The notes under the pieces: generated by a model
What the model was told of the DNA's origin: nothing
The model's database searches: none
What the model saw: only the letters and a program-made list of their open reading frames with translations
NCBI GenBank assembly: GCA_965216875.1
Contig: OZ244207.1
Coordinates: 2,400,001 to 2,464,000 of the forward strand
DNA: 64,000 bases
Direction of reading: 5' to 3'
Origin: Rubripirellula sp.
Lineage (GTDB): Bacteria; Planctomycetota; Planctomycetia; Pirellulales; Pirellulaceae
Program-made: the position numbers and the translations under genes
Part shown: one piece after another, positions 8,435 to 18,705 of the stretch
Position numbering within the stretch: the first letter of the stretch is position 1
How the letters are laid out: each line of letters begins with the position of its first letter

Positions 8435-9289
8435 ATGAGCCGAGAGCCACAGCGAGTTCGACTCGCGATTTCCACCTGCCCGAACGACACCTTCGCTTTT
8501 CACGGGCTCATCAATCGAAAGGTCGATTGGCGGGGCCTCGATTTTGAGATTCAACTGCTCGACATCCAACAGCTCAACAACCTGCTTTGGACCGACGATT
8601 TTGATGTCGCCAAGGCAAGCTTTCACGCAGCCCTACATCTGTCCGATTCGACCGTGGTTTTGCCGAGCGGTTCTGCACTCGGTTTCGGTGTCGGGCCGCT
8701 ACTCCTTTCTGCCACTGTGGGTGAGCAGCCAAAAGACGCATCTCAGCTGACGCTTTGTCCGGGAAAACACACCACCGCAGCGATGCTCTTTGCCCTTTTC
8801 TATCCCGAGACAACGCGCGTTGACCACTGTGTTTTTTCGGACATCATGCCCCGTCTTCAAGCCAATGAAGCCAATTTTGGTGTCTGCATCCATGAAGGAA
8901 GATTCACGTGGCAACAGCAAGGCCTGGGCCTCGTCGCTGATCTAGGCACGCTTTGGGAGGAAGCGACCAGTTGCCCGCTCCCGCTCGGTGGGATCCTCGC
9001 CCGGCGATCACTTGGTCCCGAAACCATTGCAACGGTCCAAGCTGTCATCTCCGATTCACTCGAGTACGGGCTCGCCAACCGGCCCGACACCCTCCCAACC
9101 ATGCGGGAGCATGCGCAGGAATTCGACGACGACGTCCTAATCGCGCACGTCGATCTCTACGTGAATGAGTGGACACGTTGTTTGGGAGAGCAGGGCGAAC
9201 GTGCTCTGCAGGTCCTCTCCGAAAAAGCGAAAAGCATCGGCCTGATCGGTTCAAACCAACCCGCCATCGAAGTCTTCAAGCAATCGTAG
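8435..9289 (+). CDS. mqnD: 1,4-dihydroxy-6-naphthoate synthase
   Basis: STCPNDTFAF, GSALGFGVGP, PGKHTTA, IHEGRFT, PLPLGGI, HVDLYVNE. Confidence 0.93.
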   Translation: MSREPQRVRLAISTCPNDTFAFHGLINRKVDWRGLDFEIQLLDIQQLNNLLWTDDFDVAKASFHAALHLSDSTVVLPSGSALGFGVGPLLLSATVGEQPKDASQLTLCPGKHTTAAMLFALFYPETTRVDHCVFSDIMPRLQANEANFGVCIHEGRFTWQQQGLGLVADLGTLWEEATSCPLPLGGILARRSLGPETIATVQAVISDSLEYGLANRPDTLPTMREHAQEFDDDVLIAHVDLYVNEWTRCLGEQGERALQVLSEKAKSIGLIGSNQPAIEVFKQS

Positions 9290-9375
9290 TCGTCCAGTAG
9301 CGCCGGACCAAAACCTAGACGAGCGACTCTTCCTCGCGTTCGTGCTCGTACACGTACTTACCTAATCAAAAACAC

Positions 9376-9610
9376 CGGCGGCGAGCGCTGCGGATTGCAA
9401 TTGCACTCCCACCAGAGCAACTTCTTGCGCAGTTTGGGCGGTGCCCGTGAGCCGCTGGCCGTCAGGCCTCGGGCCCTTGCCGACGCGCAGCTGGTGTGTA
9501 GGCGTTTAAGGCCCGGCCGCTTACGCAATCGCGGCTCCGTTGGGTGAACTTCGGCAAGGATTACTGCTAGTGGAAGCGCAATTGCAATCCGTCGCACTAT
9601 CGCCATGCCG
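9376..9610. repeat. Long nested imperfect inverted-repeat element (MITE/REPIN-like or structured RNA)
   Basis: Perfect 14-bp IR CGGATTGCAATTGC (9391-9404 / 9578-9591) inside ~50-bp arms; inner IRs gagccgc/gcggctc and cgggcc/ggcccg. Confidence 0.7.
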
Positions 9611-9751
9611 CTCAAGGCGAGCCGAAAATCGCGTCCCGCCGCGCAGTCAACAAGAACGTGATCGTCAAGCTGCGACGCGCGCAGCAAATCGTTAACATGG
9701 TTGCATAACGATGCAATTGTCTTCTCGTTTTGCCCCAATCTGGACTTTGCG

Positions 9752-10480
9752 ATGACTGCATACGAACGAACGTGGCCCGTTCCTGATCGCAAATGGACGA
9801 TGCGGATGAACTGGCATGAACTGCTGTTCATGCATTGGAGGGTTCCGGTGGAACCGCTGCGAAAGTTGATCCCAAAGTGCCTTGATGTCGACACCTTTGG
9901 CGAAGATGCATGGATTGGTGTCGTGCCGTTTCGCATGAGCGGTGTTTCGCACCGTTTGCTGCCCAACCTTCCTGGTGTCTCCGCCTTTCCCGAGTTGAAC
10001 GTCCGCACCTATGTGCGCGACAACGGCAAAAAGCCGGGCGTTTGGTTTTTCAGCTTGGACGCAACCAGCTGGTTGGCGGTCCGCATGGCCCGCAAGCTGT
10101 TTCACCTTCCCTACATGGACGCAAAAATCAATTGCACGCGTGAAGGCGACGAAATCAATTACAGCAGCGAGCGTACTCACAAAGGGAAACGCCACGTCAA
10201 GTTGGACGTGACCTACGAACCGATCGGCGATCCCTACACAACCAAACCGGACACTCTCGAGCACTTCCTGACGGCACGCTACTGTTTGTATTGTCGCAAC
10301 GGCAGCAAGGTTTATCGTGGCGAAATCCTGCATCCCGCTTGGAAACTGCAAGATGCCAAATGCGAGATTCGCAAGAATACAATGACCGAGAGCGTGGTTC
10401 CGCTTCCCGATGAAGCGCCCTTGTTGCACTACGCCGAACGCACGGAAGTCGTCGCGTGGTCCAACGAACGAATCAACTAG
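9752..10480 (+). CDS. YqjF family (DUF2071) protein
   Basis: WHELLFMHW, WIGVVPFRM, FPELNVRTYV, PGVWFFSLDA, FLTARY. Confidence 0.9.
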   Translation: MTAYERTWPVPDRKWTMRMNWHELLFMHWRVPVEPLRKLIPKCLDVDTFGEDAWIGVVPFRMSGVSHRLLPNLPGVSAFPELNVRTYVRDNGKKPGVWFFSLDATSWLAVRMARKLFHLPYMDAKINCTREGDEINYSSERTHKGKRHVKLDVTYEPIGDPYTTKPDTLEHFLTARYCLYCRNGSKVYRGEILHPAWKLQDAKCEIRKNTMTESVVPLPDEAPLLHYAERTEVVAWSNERIN

Positions 10481-10564
10481 GCACGGTCCACAGAATCGAC
10501 TCACCCTGCGTTTTCGCGCCGCAACAAGTGAACTTTCGCGACCGTTTGTGCCTTCAGGCAAACA

Positions 10565-10673
10565 CCCTCCCGCTTGCGGGAGGGTCGGACGCAAAGTCCG
10601 GGGAGGGAATGATCGTTACAAAACCGACCCTCTACGGGCCCTCGAGCCCGACTCTTCCAAGGGAGAGTGTTTG
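10565..10673. repeat. ~105-bp palindromic dispersed repeat (family B), copy 1
   Basis: ccctcccgcttgcgggagggtcggacgcaaagtccggggaggg...gagcccgactcttccaagggagagtgtttg; near-identical to 28534-28637. Confidence 0.85.
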
Positions 10674-10692
10674 CCAATCAACGCGATGCCCG

Positions 10693-11685
10693 CTAGTTGA
10701 CGATGTTCCGAAGTCGCTGACCGGTGAGTGCTCGCCGGCAAGCTTCCGCGCCCTTGCGGCGCATATCAAGCAAACCTTCTTCGCAGTAGAACGCAGAATG
10801 TGGGTTCACGATCAATCGCTCATAGGCAGGGTGCGACGGATCACGCCATGCTTTCAGCAGAGCGTTGTCGCTTGATGGCGGCTCCACGGCAAGCACATCA
10901 ATCGCGGCACCAGCGAGTTTGCCACTTTCGAGTGCAGCGGGGATCGCGTCCGTATCAACGACATCACCGCGCGCGGTGTTGACCAAATAGCTTCCGTCGG
11001 GCAACCACTGCAACGTCTCGGCATTGATCATGTGTCGCGACTCATCGTTAAGCGGGCAGTGCAGACTAAGGATGAACGACTCGGCCATGAGTTCCTTGAG
11101 CGATTCGACGCGAGTCACTCCGATTGCTTTGTCGTATCCATCCGGTTTGAACGGATCGTAAAAGCGAACGTCCATCCCCATCGCCAAAGCACGGCGTGCT
11201 GTCGCTGTCCCAATCCGTCCCAAACCGACGATCCCAAACACGCGACTGCGATGGCGATACAACGGGCTGGCGACGTGATACATCCACGGATCAGGCTGCT
11301 GCCGCATCCTTTGATTGTAAAGATGGATTCCGCGCGTTAGCGCAAGCGCCATGCCGATCGCCGAATCGGCAACTTCTTCGGTGCCATAATCGGGAACGTT
11401 CGCCACAGGTATGCCACGTTCTTTGGCGAGATTGCGATCGACGTTGTCAAACCCCACACCACAGCGAACGATCAATTTGCACTCGGTCAGATTGGCAATC
11501 GTTTTTGCCGACAAGCCAAGATTGTGGTAAAGCATGATCGCATCGGCCGATTCAATCTTGCCCACCAATTCACTTTCGTCCATCGCATCGTGGGCGACCA
11601 CGTCGGCGATGTCCCCAAGAATCTCGCGTTCGACATCGAGTGAGTCGTTAATGAAGTCGGTAATCACAACCTTATGTCGAGACAT
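10693..11685 (-). CDS. D-isomer-specific 2-hydroxyacid dehydrogenase (CtBP-like)
   Basis: RCGVGFDNVD, GIVGLGRIG, SLHCPL, VNTARG, DVLAVEP, PHSAFY. Confidence 0.93.
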   Translation of the reverse strand: MSRHKVVITDFINDSLDVEREILGDIADVVAHDAMDESELVGKIESADAIMLYHNLGLSAKTIANLTECKLIVRCGVGFDNVDRNLAKERGIPVANVPDYGTEEVADSAIGMALALTRGIHLYNQRMRQQPDPWMYHVASPLYRHRSRVFGIVGLGRIGTATARRALAMGMDVRFYDPFKPDGYDKAIGVTRVESLKELMAESFILSLHCPLNDESRHMINAETLQWLPDGSYLVNTARGDVVDTDAIPAALESGKLAGAAIDVLAVEPPSSDNALLKAWRDPSHPAYERLIVNPHSAFYCEEGLLDMRRKGAEACRRALTGQRLRNIVN

Positions 11686-11717
11686 CGTTTTCCTATTTTG
11701 AATCTTGGAAGTGTTGA

Positions 11718-13277
11718 CTAAAGCGTCGGTCCAACTGTCCATGGAACGAATTCGTGGTCACCGATCCCGAGTTTCTCGCTGCAAGTCTTCTTGCCGCTTG
11801 CAACTTGCAGGGCAAAGTCAAAAAACTCGTCACCAACTGACTGCAAATCCTTTCCCTCAAGGATCGTCCCAGCGTTCAAATCCATGTCTTCAGACATCGA
11901 CTCGAACATCGGCGTGTTCGTTGCGACCTTGATGACAGGTGACGGCTTGCATCCGAAACAGCTTCCGCGTCCCGTCGTGAACATGACAAGATTTGCGCCA
12001 CCCGCGACCTTGCCCGTAATACTGGCGGGGTCAAAGCCGGGGGTGTCCATGACAACCAGCCCGCGTTGCTCGACCCGTTCGGCATATTCGTAAACCGCTT
12101 CGAGTGCTGTTGAACCACTTTTCGAAACGGCACCAAGCGACTTTTCCGTAATCGTCGTGAGCCCACCCGCCTTGTTGCCCGCCGACGGATTGTTGTTGAC
12201 CGTCCCGCCGTACATGGCCACGTAGTCTTTCCACCACTGGATGCGATCGAGAAGTTTTTGGGCGACCTCGGCGTGACGGCTTCGAGCGACGAGTAGATGT
12301 TCGGCTCCGTAGAGTTCGGTCGTTTCGGAGATGATCGACGTGCCACCACACGCAACGACGCGGTCGGACACGACGCCAACGGCTGGGTTGGCGGTCAATC
12401 CGCTGTACCCGTCACTGCCGCCGCATTCGAGAGCCAACATCAAATCGGAAGCATCGGCTTCACGTCGCGTTTGCTCATTGGCTCGATCGAGCAAGTCGCA
12501 GACGAGCGCGTCGGCCTTTTCGATCGTTGCACGCGTGCCACCTTCCGTCTGCATCGTCAGGATAGGCACACCGTCGTCGCGCGTCAGCTTGTCGCCCTCC
12601 GGTGAATAGAGCGACACGACACCATGTTGCTTTTGCAAATACCCCGCGGTGGTTTGCTCGCAGCCTAATCCGACGAAAAGACAGCCACCCACGTTCGGAT
12701 GATCTGCATAGCCACTTAGAACGCGGCCGAGCATCTGTTGCTTGATGCCGCCCAACTCCATGGCGCATCCGGTGGTGTGCGTTGCAGCAAGAACGCCGTC
12801 AACGTTGGGCCACTGTTTCATTCGCTCTTCGGTAAATCGCTCGACGACCTTGTGGCAAACTGACGCACTACAGTTCACGGTCGAGATGATTGCGATGTAG
12901 TTTCGCGTCCCGACTCGACCATCCGGTCGATGAAAGCCCTGGAAAGTTCGATGAAGTTTTTCCGATTTCGGGGGTGGTGCGACCTTGCCCAAATCACCTG
13001 AAATCTCGTGGTGGTCAACCATGTTGTGGACATGAACGTGCTGTCCCACGTCGATATCGCTGTCGGCCATTCCAATGGGGCACCCGTATTTGTGCACCAT
13101 TTCGCCGCGTCGAACGGGGCGGATGGCAAGTTTGTGTCCAGGCGGGATGGTGGTTTGCGGAACAACCGACCGACCAGCCACCATCACGGGGGTCTTAGCA
13201 GCGACCGTTTTTGTCGCCACAGCCACGTCGTCTTTGTTGTCGAGGACGACCAATCCAGAAGCGGGGAATTCGGGCAT
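11718..13277 (-). CDS. UxaA/GarD-family sugar-acid dehydratase with N-terminal SAF domain
   Basis: GHKLAI, HVHVHN, VGTRNY, GLGCE, ECGGSDG, NNPSAGNKAGGLTTITEKSLG, FTTGRG. Confidence 0.92.
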   Translation of the reverse strand: MPEFPASGLVVLDNKDDVAVATKTVAAKTPVMVAGRSVVPQTTIPPGHKLAIRPVRRGEMVHKYGCPIGMADSDIDVGQHVHVHNMVDHHEISGDLGKVAPPPKSEKLHRTFQGFHRPDGRVGTRNYIAIISTVNCSASVCHKVVERFTEERMKQWPNVDGVLAATHTTGCAMELGGIKQQMLGRVLSGYADHPNVGGCLFVGLGCEQTTAGYLQKQHGVVSLYSPEGDKLTRDDGVPILTMQTEGGTRATIEKADALVCDLLDRANEQTRREADASDLMLALECGGSDGYSGLTANPAVGVVSDRVVACGGTSIISETTELYGAEHLLVARSRHAEVAQKLLDRIQWWKDYVAMYGGTVNNNPSAGNKAGGLTTITEKSLGAVSKSGSTALEAVYEYAERVEQRGLVVMDTPGFDPASITGKVAGGANLVMFTTGRGSCFGCKPSPVIKVATNTPMFESMSEDMDLNAGTILEGKDLQSVGDEFFDFALQVASGKKTCSEKLGIGDHEFVPWTVGPTL

Positions 13278-13382
13278 TCTCTTTCCTGTGGTTCCTCACG
13301 TTGAACCCGACGCGTATATTCCGACAAACAAGGTAGTCCCTACGGGCGATTGGCCCCACGCGAAACCCGAATAATCGAATTC

Positions 13383-14567
13383 ATGAAGATCCACGAATAT
13401 CAAGGCAAGCAGTTGTTCCGCCAAGCGGGTGTGCCGGTTTTGGAGGGAATTGTTGCCAAAACCGGTGATGAAGCGGTTGCGGCATATGAAAAGTTGGGCG
13501 GACCGATCGCGGTCGTCAAGTCCCAGATCCACGCTGGCGGACGTGGAAAGGGTTATGTCCAAGACAATACGGACCAAAAAGGTGTCGTCGTTTGCAAATC
13601 GGCAGACGAAGTTCGAGCGGCAGCCGAAGGTTTGCTCGGCAAGACGTTGGTGACGATCCAAACCGGCCCCGAGGGCAAGACCGTCAACCAAGTTTTCGTC
13701 GAAGCGGGTTGCGACATCGATCGCGAACTTTACCTCGGCATCGTTATCGACCGTGCCAATTCAAAACCTGTGCTGATGGCCAGCACCGAGGGTGGTGTCG
13801 AGATCGAGAAGGTCGCCGAAGAAACCCCCGAGCTGATTTTTAAAGAACACTTCGATCCCGCCGTGGGGCTTGAAGCATTCCAAGTCCGTAAACTCTGCAA
13901 GAAGCTGGGGATCTCTGGAGCGGCTGCCAAAGCCGCCTTCAAGTTCCTTCCCGCCATTTGCCGTTTCTTCGTCGACTACGATTGCTCGCTCGCCGAAATC
14001 AATCCTTTGGTGATCACCAAAGATGACCAGATGATCGCACTCGACGCGAAGATCACGTTCGATTCCAACGCGATGTTCCGCCACAAGGATCTTGAAGAGC
14101 TGCGTGACCTGTCCGAAGAAGAGCCGAGCGAAGTCCGTGCCAGCGACGCTGGTCTAAGCTACGTCAAACTTGACGGCAACATCGGCTGCCTCGTCAACGG
14201 AGCCGGTTTGGCGATGTCGACGATGGACATCATCAAGTATCACGGCGGCGAACCAGCGAACTTTTTGGATGTTGGCGGAAGTGCCAATGCCGAACAAGTC
14301 ACCGAGGCGTTTCGGATTCTCTTGTCCGACCCCAATTGCAAAGGCGTCCTGGTCAACATTTTTGGCGGCATCGCACGTTGCACCACAATCGCCTCTGCTT
14401 TGATCGAAGCGAGCCAGACGGTCGGTTTCAACGTGCCGTTGGTCGTTCGACTTGAAGGCACCGAGGTCGAGGAAGGACGCAAGATGTTGGCCGAGAGCGA
14501 TGTGGACGTCATCAACGCGACCGACATCACCGACGCTGCAAAAAAGATCGTTGCTGCAATTCAGTAG
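13383..14567 (+). CDS. sucC: Succinyl-CoA synthetase beta subunit
   Basis: [51 protein letters not shown]. Confidence 0.98.
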   Translation: MKIHEYQGKQLFRQAGVPVLEGIVAKTGDEAVAAYEKLGGPIAVVKSQIHAGGRGKGYVQDNTDQKGVVVCKSADEVRAAAEGLLGKTLVTIQTGPEGKTVNQVFVEAGCDIDRELYLGIVIDRANSKPVLMASTEGGVEIEKVAEETPELIFKEHFDPAVGLEAFQVRKLCKKLGISGAAAKAAFKFLPAICRFFVDYDCSLAEINPLVITKDDQMIALDAKITFDSNAMFRHKDLEELRDLSEEEPSEVRASDAGLSYVKLDGNIGCLVNGAGLAMSTMDIIKYHGGEPANFLDVGGSANAEQVTEAFRILLSDPNCKGVLVNIFGGIARCTTIASALIEASQTVGFNVPLVVRLEGTEVEEGRKMLAESDVDVINATDITDAAKKIVAAIQ

Positions 14568-14633
14568 CCTGCATCGAATACCAATCGCCAAATATAACCA
14601 CCGCACACCTACCAGCATTCAGACGATACGGAC

Positions 14634-15506
14634 ATGAGCATTCTTGTTGACGGCAACACGAAAGTCATTTGCCAAGGGATCACCGGCAACGCGGGAACGT
14701 TTCACTCGCTAGGCTGCAAAGAATACGGCACTCAAATGGTCGGCGGCGTGACGCCGGGCAAAGGTGGCCAGGATGTCGACGGCATTCCTGTTTTCGATAC
14801 GGTCGAAGAAGCCGTTGAAAAAACGGGTGCCGATGCGACGATGATTTTCGTTCCACCACCTTTTACCGCAGACGCCATCCTGGAAGCGGTTGACGCCGGC
14901 ATCAAAGTGATTGCCGCTATCACCGAGGGCGTTCCTGTCGTCGACATGGTTCGCGTCTACGAGAAAGTCAAAGCAAGTGATTCGGTTCTGATCGGACCCA
15001 ATTGCCCAGGCTTGATCACTCCCGGTGCTTGCAAAATCGGCATCATGCCTGGCTACATTCACAACCCTGGCAAGATTGGCGTGATGAGCCGCAGTGGCAC
15101 GCTGACCTACGAAGCGGTCTGGCAAACGAGCAACCTTGGTTTGGGGCAAAGCACTTGTGTCGGGCTAGGTGGTGACCCCATCGTTGGAACGAGCTTCATC
15201 GACCTGCTAAAGCTCTATCAAGAAGACGATCAAACAGAAGCGATCCTGATGATTGGCGAAATCGGCGGATCAGCCGAAGAAGAAGCTGCCGCGTTTGCCA
15301 AGGAGCACGTCACCAAACCGATGGCCGCCTTTATCGCAGGCCGCACGGCGCCTCCCGGCAAACGCATGGGCCACGCCGGCGCGATCATTAGTGGTGGCAA
15401 AGGGACGGCCGAAGAAAAGGTCGCAGCGTTGGAAGACGCCGGAATCGTTGTCGCCCCAACGCCCGCCGACATGGGTGACGCCGTCGTCAAGGCAATGGCC
15501 AAGTAG
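14634..15506 (+). CDS. sucD: Succinyl-CoA synthetase alpha subunit
   Basis: [38 protein letters not shown]. Confidence 0.98.
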   Translation: MSILVDGNTKVICQGITGNAGTFHSLGCKEYGTQMVGGVTPGKGGQDVDGIPVFDTVEEAVEKTGADATMIFVPPPFTADAILEAVDAGIKVIAAITEGVPVVDMVRVYEKVKASDSVLIGPNCPGLITPGACKIGIMPGYIHNPGKIGVMSRSGTLTYEAVWQTSNLGLGQSTCVGLGGDPIVGTSFIDLLKLYQEDDQTEAILMIGEIGGSAEEEAAAFAKEHVTKPMAAFIAGRTAPPGKRMGHAGAIISGGKGTAEEKVAALEDAGIVVAPTPADMGDAVVKAMAK

Positions 15507-15520
15507 CCGCGTGTAGCCAA

Positions 15521-15560
15521 GTAGGCCGGATCAAGGAGCGACAGCGACGCAGATCCGGCA
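15521..15560 (+). repeat. REP family A copy
   Basis: gtaggccggatcaaggagcgacagcgacgcagatccggca; stem gccggatc/gatccggc. Confidence 0.85.
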
Positions 15561-15579
15561 CTGGTGGTTGTCCCACGGT

Positions 15580-15679
15580 CATGCGAAAGCGCATGAAGAT
15601 TCCGGGTGAAGCCGGTACTACGAACTTGGCATGCGAGAGCGCATGAAGATTTCGGCTGAAGCCGGTACTACGAACTTGG
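15580..15679 (-). repeat. 2 x 50-bp tandem repeat containing REP family C
   Basis: Units 15580-15629 and 15630-15679 differ at 3 positions; each holds a close variant of the reverse complement of gttcgtagtaccg..agccggaatctt. Confidence 0.85.
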
Positions 15680-15698
15680 CGGAGGTGTAACCTGCAGG

Positions 15699-16463
15699 TC
15701 ACGTTCCTCGGCGGTTTCCAAACCAGCGGATTTGCATTCGGTCACAGTATTGAAACGACTGTGATTCACACCAAGGGCGCAGCCACTGGGCCGCCCGATC
15801 CATCGCCTCGATGGTGCTGCCCTGAGGCATGATCCACACTTCCGTCGGATCCGCAGACAGCGATTCAACGATTGCCAAGAGTTCGTCGTAGTCATCCTTG
15901 GAATCGACGACAAACTTGAGTTGGTAGTCAGCCGCTCGATCGATCAGCTTGCGCATCGTCTCGACCGGTAGTCGGCGTTGATTGTGCAGCTTGTTCCAGC
16001 GAGGATGATCGGCCGCGTCGGGAGCGCTCGAAGCGAACTTGGGGCTGATCGACATCAAATCACATTCGACCTCTCGATCAACGGTTCCGGCCGTCTCGAT
16101 CGTGATATGCATCCCCGCCTGGCGCAATTCACGGGCGAGCAATGATGCATCGGCGAACAACATCGGTTCGCCGCCGGTCATCACCGTGTGTTTGACGCCG
16201 GAATCGACGGCAAGTTTGACGATCGCATCGATCGTCAGGGTAGGCCCTGTTGGTTCCCACGAGGCGTAGGGTGTGTCGCAAAACCAACACCGCAAATTGC
16301 AGCCGCTGGTGCGAATGAAAAAGGAGTCCGTTCCGGTCAGTTTTCCTTCGCCCTGCCGACTCGAGAATGTCTCGGCGATGCGCAGCGTCCCCCTAGTCGC
16401 CGGCGGCGACGCGTGCGAGAATTCCGATTCTGAAATTGGAGATCCCAACCTTGACCGACTCAA
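15699..16463 (-). CDS. queE: 7-carboxy-7-deazaguanine synthase (radical SAM); start uncertain
   Basis: [43 protein letters not shown]. Confidence 0.93.
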   Translation of the reverse strand: MSRSRLGSPISESEFSHASPPATRGTLRIAETFSSRQGEGKLTGTDSFFIRTSGCNLRCWFCDTPYASWEPTGPTLTIDAIVKLAVDSGVKHTVMTGGEPMLFADASLLARELRQAGMHITIETAGTVDREVECDLMSISPKFASSAPDAADHPRWNKLHNQRRLPVETMRKLIDRAADYQLKFVVDSKDDYDELLAIVESLSADPTEVWIMPQGSTIEAMDRAAQWLRPWCESQSFQYCDRMQIRWFGNRRGT

Positions 16464-16816
16464 CTGATTTTCGCGACACGCTGGAAGTATTTGAAAACCC
16501 CAGCAGCAATCGCAACTATACCATCGAACATCATTGCCCCGAATTTACATCGGTCTGCCCCAAAACGGGACAACCCGATTACGGGAAGATCGTCTTTACC
16601 TACGTTCCAGACGAGCTTTGCGTCGAGCTGAAAAGCCTCAAAATGTACCTGCAACGGTTCCGCAATGAAGGGATCTTTTACGAAGCCGTCACCAATCGAA
16701 TCATGGACGACTTTGTTGCGGTCGTAAAGCCGCGAAGTGCAACCGTAGAAAGTCGCTGGACGCCACGCGGCGGGCTCCACAGCAACATCATTGTGCGGTA
16801 CCCCGAACCCTCCTAG
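16451..16816 (+). CDS. queF: NADPH-dependent preQ0 reductase, type I
   Basis: [31 protein letters not shown] start 8 nt after ggaga. Confidence 0.95.
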   Translation: MTDSTDFRDTLEVFENPSSNRNYTIEHHCPEFTSVCPKTGQPDYGKIVFTYVPDELCVELKSLKMYLQRFRNEGIFYEAVTNRIMDDFVAVVKPRSATVESRWTPRGGLHSNIIVRYPEPS

Positions 16817-16922
16817 TCGAAACCGCTTGCCAACAGCGAATCCCGCCCCTCCTGTGGGCGACCCCCGTTGGCTCGGCCAGATCCCTCCTTTCAACTCCCG
16901 TATCAAAGAGTCCTGCATCCCC

Positions 16923-17918
16923 ATGACGACGCCAATTTTGCTTAGCGGGTTCGCCGACGAGGCAGCCAACGAAAAGACCGCTGTCCAGCAATATGCCGCT
17001 TTCGCTGCGTTGGGCATGAAGTATTACTCGATTCGCTTTGTCGACGCTGGTGAAGGCATCAAGAACGTGATGCTGCTTTCAGACGCCGAAATCAATCGTC
17101 TGGTCTCCATGCAGGGCGACTACGGCTTGAAGGTCAGTAGCATCGGTTCGCCAATTGGCAAAGTGAAGTTGCTCGACGTGGACGACGGAACAGGAAACAA
17201 GTTCATTCCGTTCGACCAATATTTGGCCGAAGACGTCGCTACCGCCTGTGACCGCGCTGAAGCGTTTGGCGCGAAACTGATTCGTGGCTTTTCTTTCTAT
17301 CACCCCAAGGGCACCAAACCCGAAGACCACCTCGACCAGGTGTGCGATCAACTCGGACAAATCGCCGAACTATGCGACAAACGCGGGCTCACCTTCGGAC
17401 TAGAAGTCGAAGCCAACCTGGTCGGTCAAACCGGCGACCTGTTGAAACAACTCGCCGAAAAGGTCAACCATCCTGCGATGCTGACCATCTTCGACGCAGC
17501 CAACATCGTGACTCAGGGCTTCACGGCTGACGAAACTTACGCCCAATACTTGGCGATGAAACCGAGCCTTGGCTGGTTGCACATCAAGGATTACCACGAT
17601 CCGTCGCCATCGGGGCGAATCGAGCATGTTGACGAAGCGAGCCTGAATAACTTCGTTCCGGCCGACATCGGTGACAGCGGTCACGAGGCAATCTTGCGTG
17701 ACCTCAAAGCGTACCTACCCGAACTCTCCAAGCGCGCCGAAGCGCGTGGACTCGATGGCGTCTTCCTCGACCTCGAGCCCCACGTCAAAGGTGGCGGGCA
17801 ATTCGGTGGCTTCAGCGGTCCCGACGGGTTCGGCGTCGCCTTGCGAGGTCTCTGTCGCGTTCTCGATTACGTCGGCATTCCTTACGACCTGCGTTCTTTC
17901 GCGGACATCAAAGGTTAG
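16923..17918 (+). CDS. Sugar phosphate isomerase/epimerase (xylose-isomerase-like TIM barrel)
   Basis: LSGFADE, SIGSPIGK, IRGFSFY, FDAAN, LHIKD, LDLEPH. Confidence 0.85.
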   Translation: MTTPILLSGFADEAANEKTAVQQYAAFAALGMKYYSIRFVDAGEGIKNVMLLSDAEINRLVSMQGDYGLKVSSIGSPIGKVKLLDVDDGTGNKFIPFDQYLAEDVATACDRAEAFGAKLIRGFSFYHPKGTKPEDHLDQVCDQLGQIAELCDKRGLTFGLEVEANLVGQTGDLLKQLAEKVNHPAMLTIFDAANIVTQGFTADETYAQYLAMKPSLGWLHIKDYHDPSPSGRIEHVDEASLNNFVPADIGDSGHEAILRDLKAYLPELSKRAEARGLDGVFLDLEPHVKGGGQFGGFSGPDGFGVALRGLCRVLDYVGIPYDLRSFADIKG

Positions 17919-17936
17919 CCAAACAAGGGCATCGCA

Positions 17937-18143
17937 TTGGATTCACGCATCGTCGAACTTGAAGTGCAACTGAGTCACCTCCAGCACATGTACGATCAAC
18001 TCAATGAGGTCGTGACAGAGCAGGCGATGCGTAACGACAAGATGAGCCGACGTATCGCTGAGCTTGAGAATCAAGTCAAGCAACTCAAAGAAAAACCGCA
18101 GCCAGCGTCCGATCCGCTCGACGAAAAACCACCGCATTATTAG
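17937..18143 (+). CDS. slyX: SlyX family protein
   Basis: RIVELEVQLSHL...QLNEVV coiled coil; C-terminal EKPPHY. Confidence 0.9.
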   Translation: MDSRIVELEVQLSHLQHMYDQLNEVVTEQAMRNDKMSRRIAELENQVKQLKEKPQPASDPLDEKPPHY

Positions 18144-18705
18144 TACGGTCCCTCTGACTCTTCGTTTGGCTACCGAAACCAGCTGATGCCACGCGTAACT
18201 GGCCGCTGGAACCATGCCTTCAATTTTCTTACGCTTCGTCGATTGAAAGCCGCTGCAAACGCCGGCGCTCAAACACCGTGAGCGAATGCGATAAGACCTA
18301 CTGTTCCATTTCACCTTTTTCGTGGCCTATTTCTTTACCGCGCAAAATCAGATCTGCATGAACGCTTGGACGACGGAGGCGACGTATCGTCAGGCAAAAC
18401 CAATCGCACCGCATCCCAAGCCTCCCCAAACGGGTGTCCCTCACATCCATCTCTCCTTGATCTTGCTGAATAGATCATCTAAAACCTCATTCAATTAAGG
18501 CAAATCAATTATTTGAGATTGTTGTTATTTGAGCATCGCCTGTTTTGATTCACGTCAAAACCTTTTCAGGCGATCGATAGCACACAATCTCGCAGCGGGG
18601 CAGATTCTTCGGCGGCACATGCCGTTGCGATCCGATGCAACCTCCCTGCTGACGGTCTGTCCCTACGGCAGGCTGGGCACACCACAAGCAGATGAGAAGG
18701 GCACC

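Noticed and set aside
9358..10008. 216-aa minus-strand ORF across the inverted-repeat element
   Set aside because: Antisense to yqjF, runs through the palindromes and shows no recognisable motifs.
15580..15679. Possible mini-CRISPR array
   Set aside because: Two contiguous 50-bp units with no unique spacer and no cas genes; the units match REP family C.
15699..16816. queE/queF as part of a 7-deazaguanine DNA-modification (dpd) island
   Set aside because: No dpdA/tgt paralogue or other dpd genes nearby; QueF points to tRNA queuosine synthesis.
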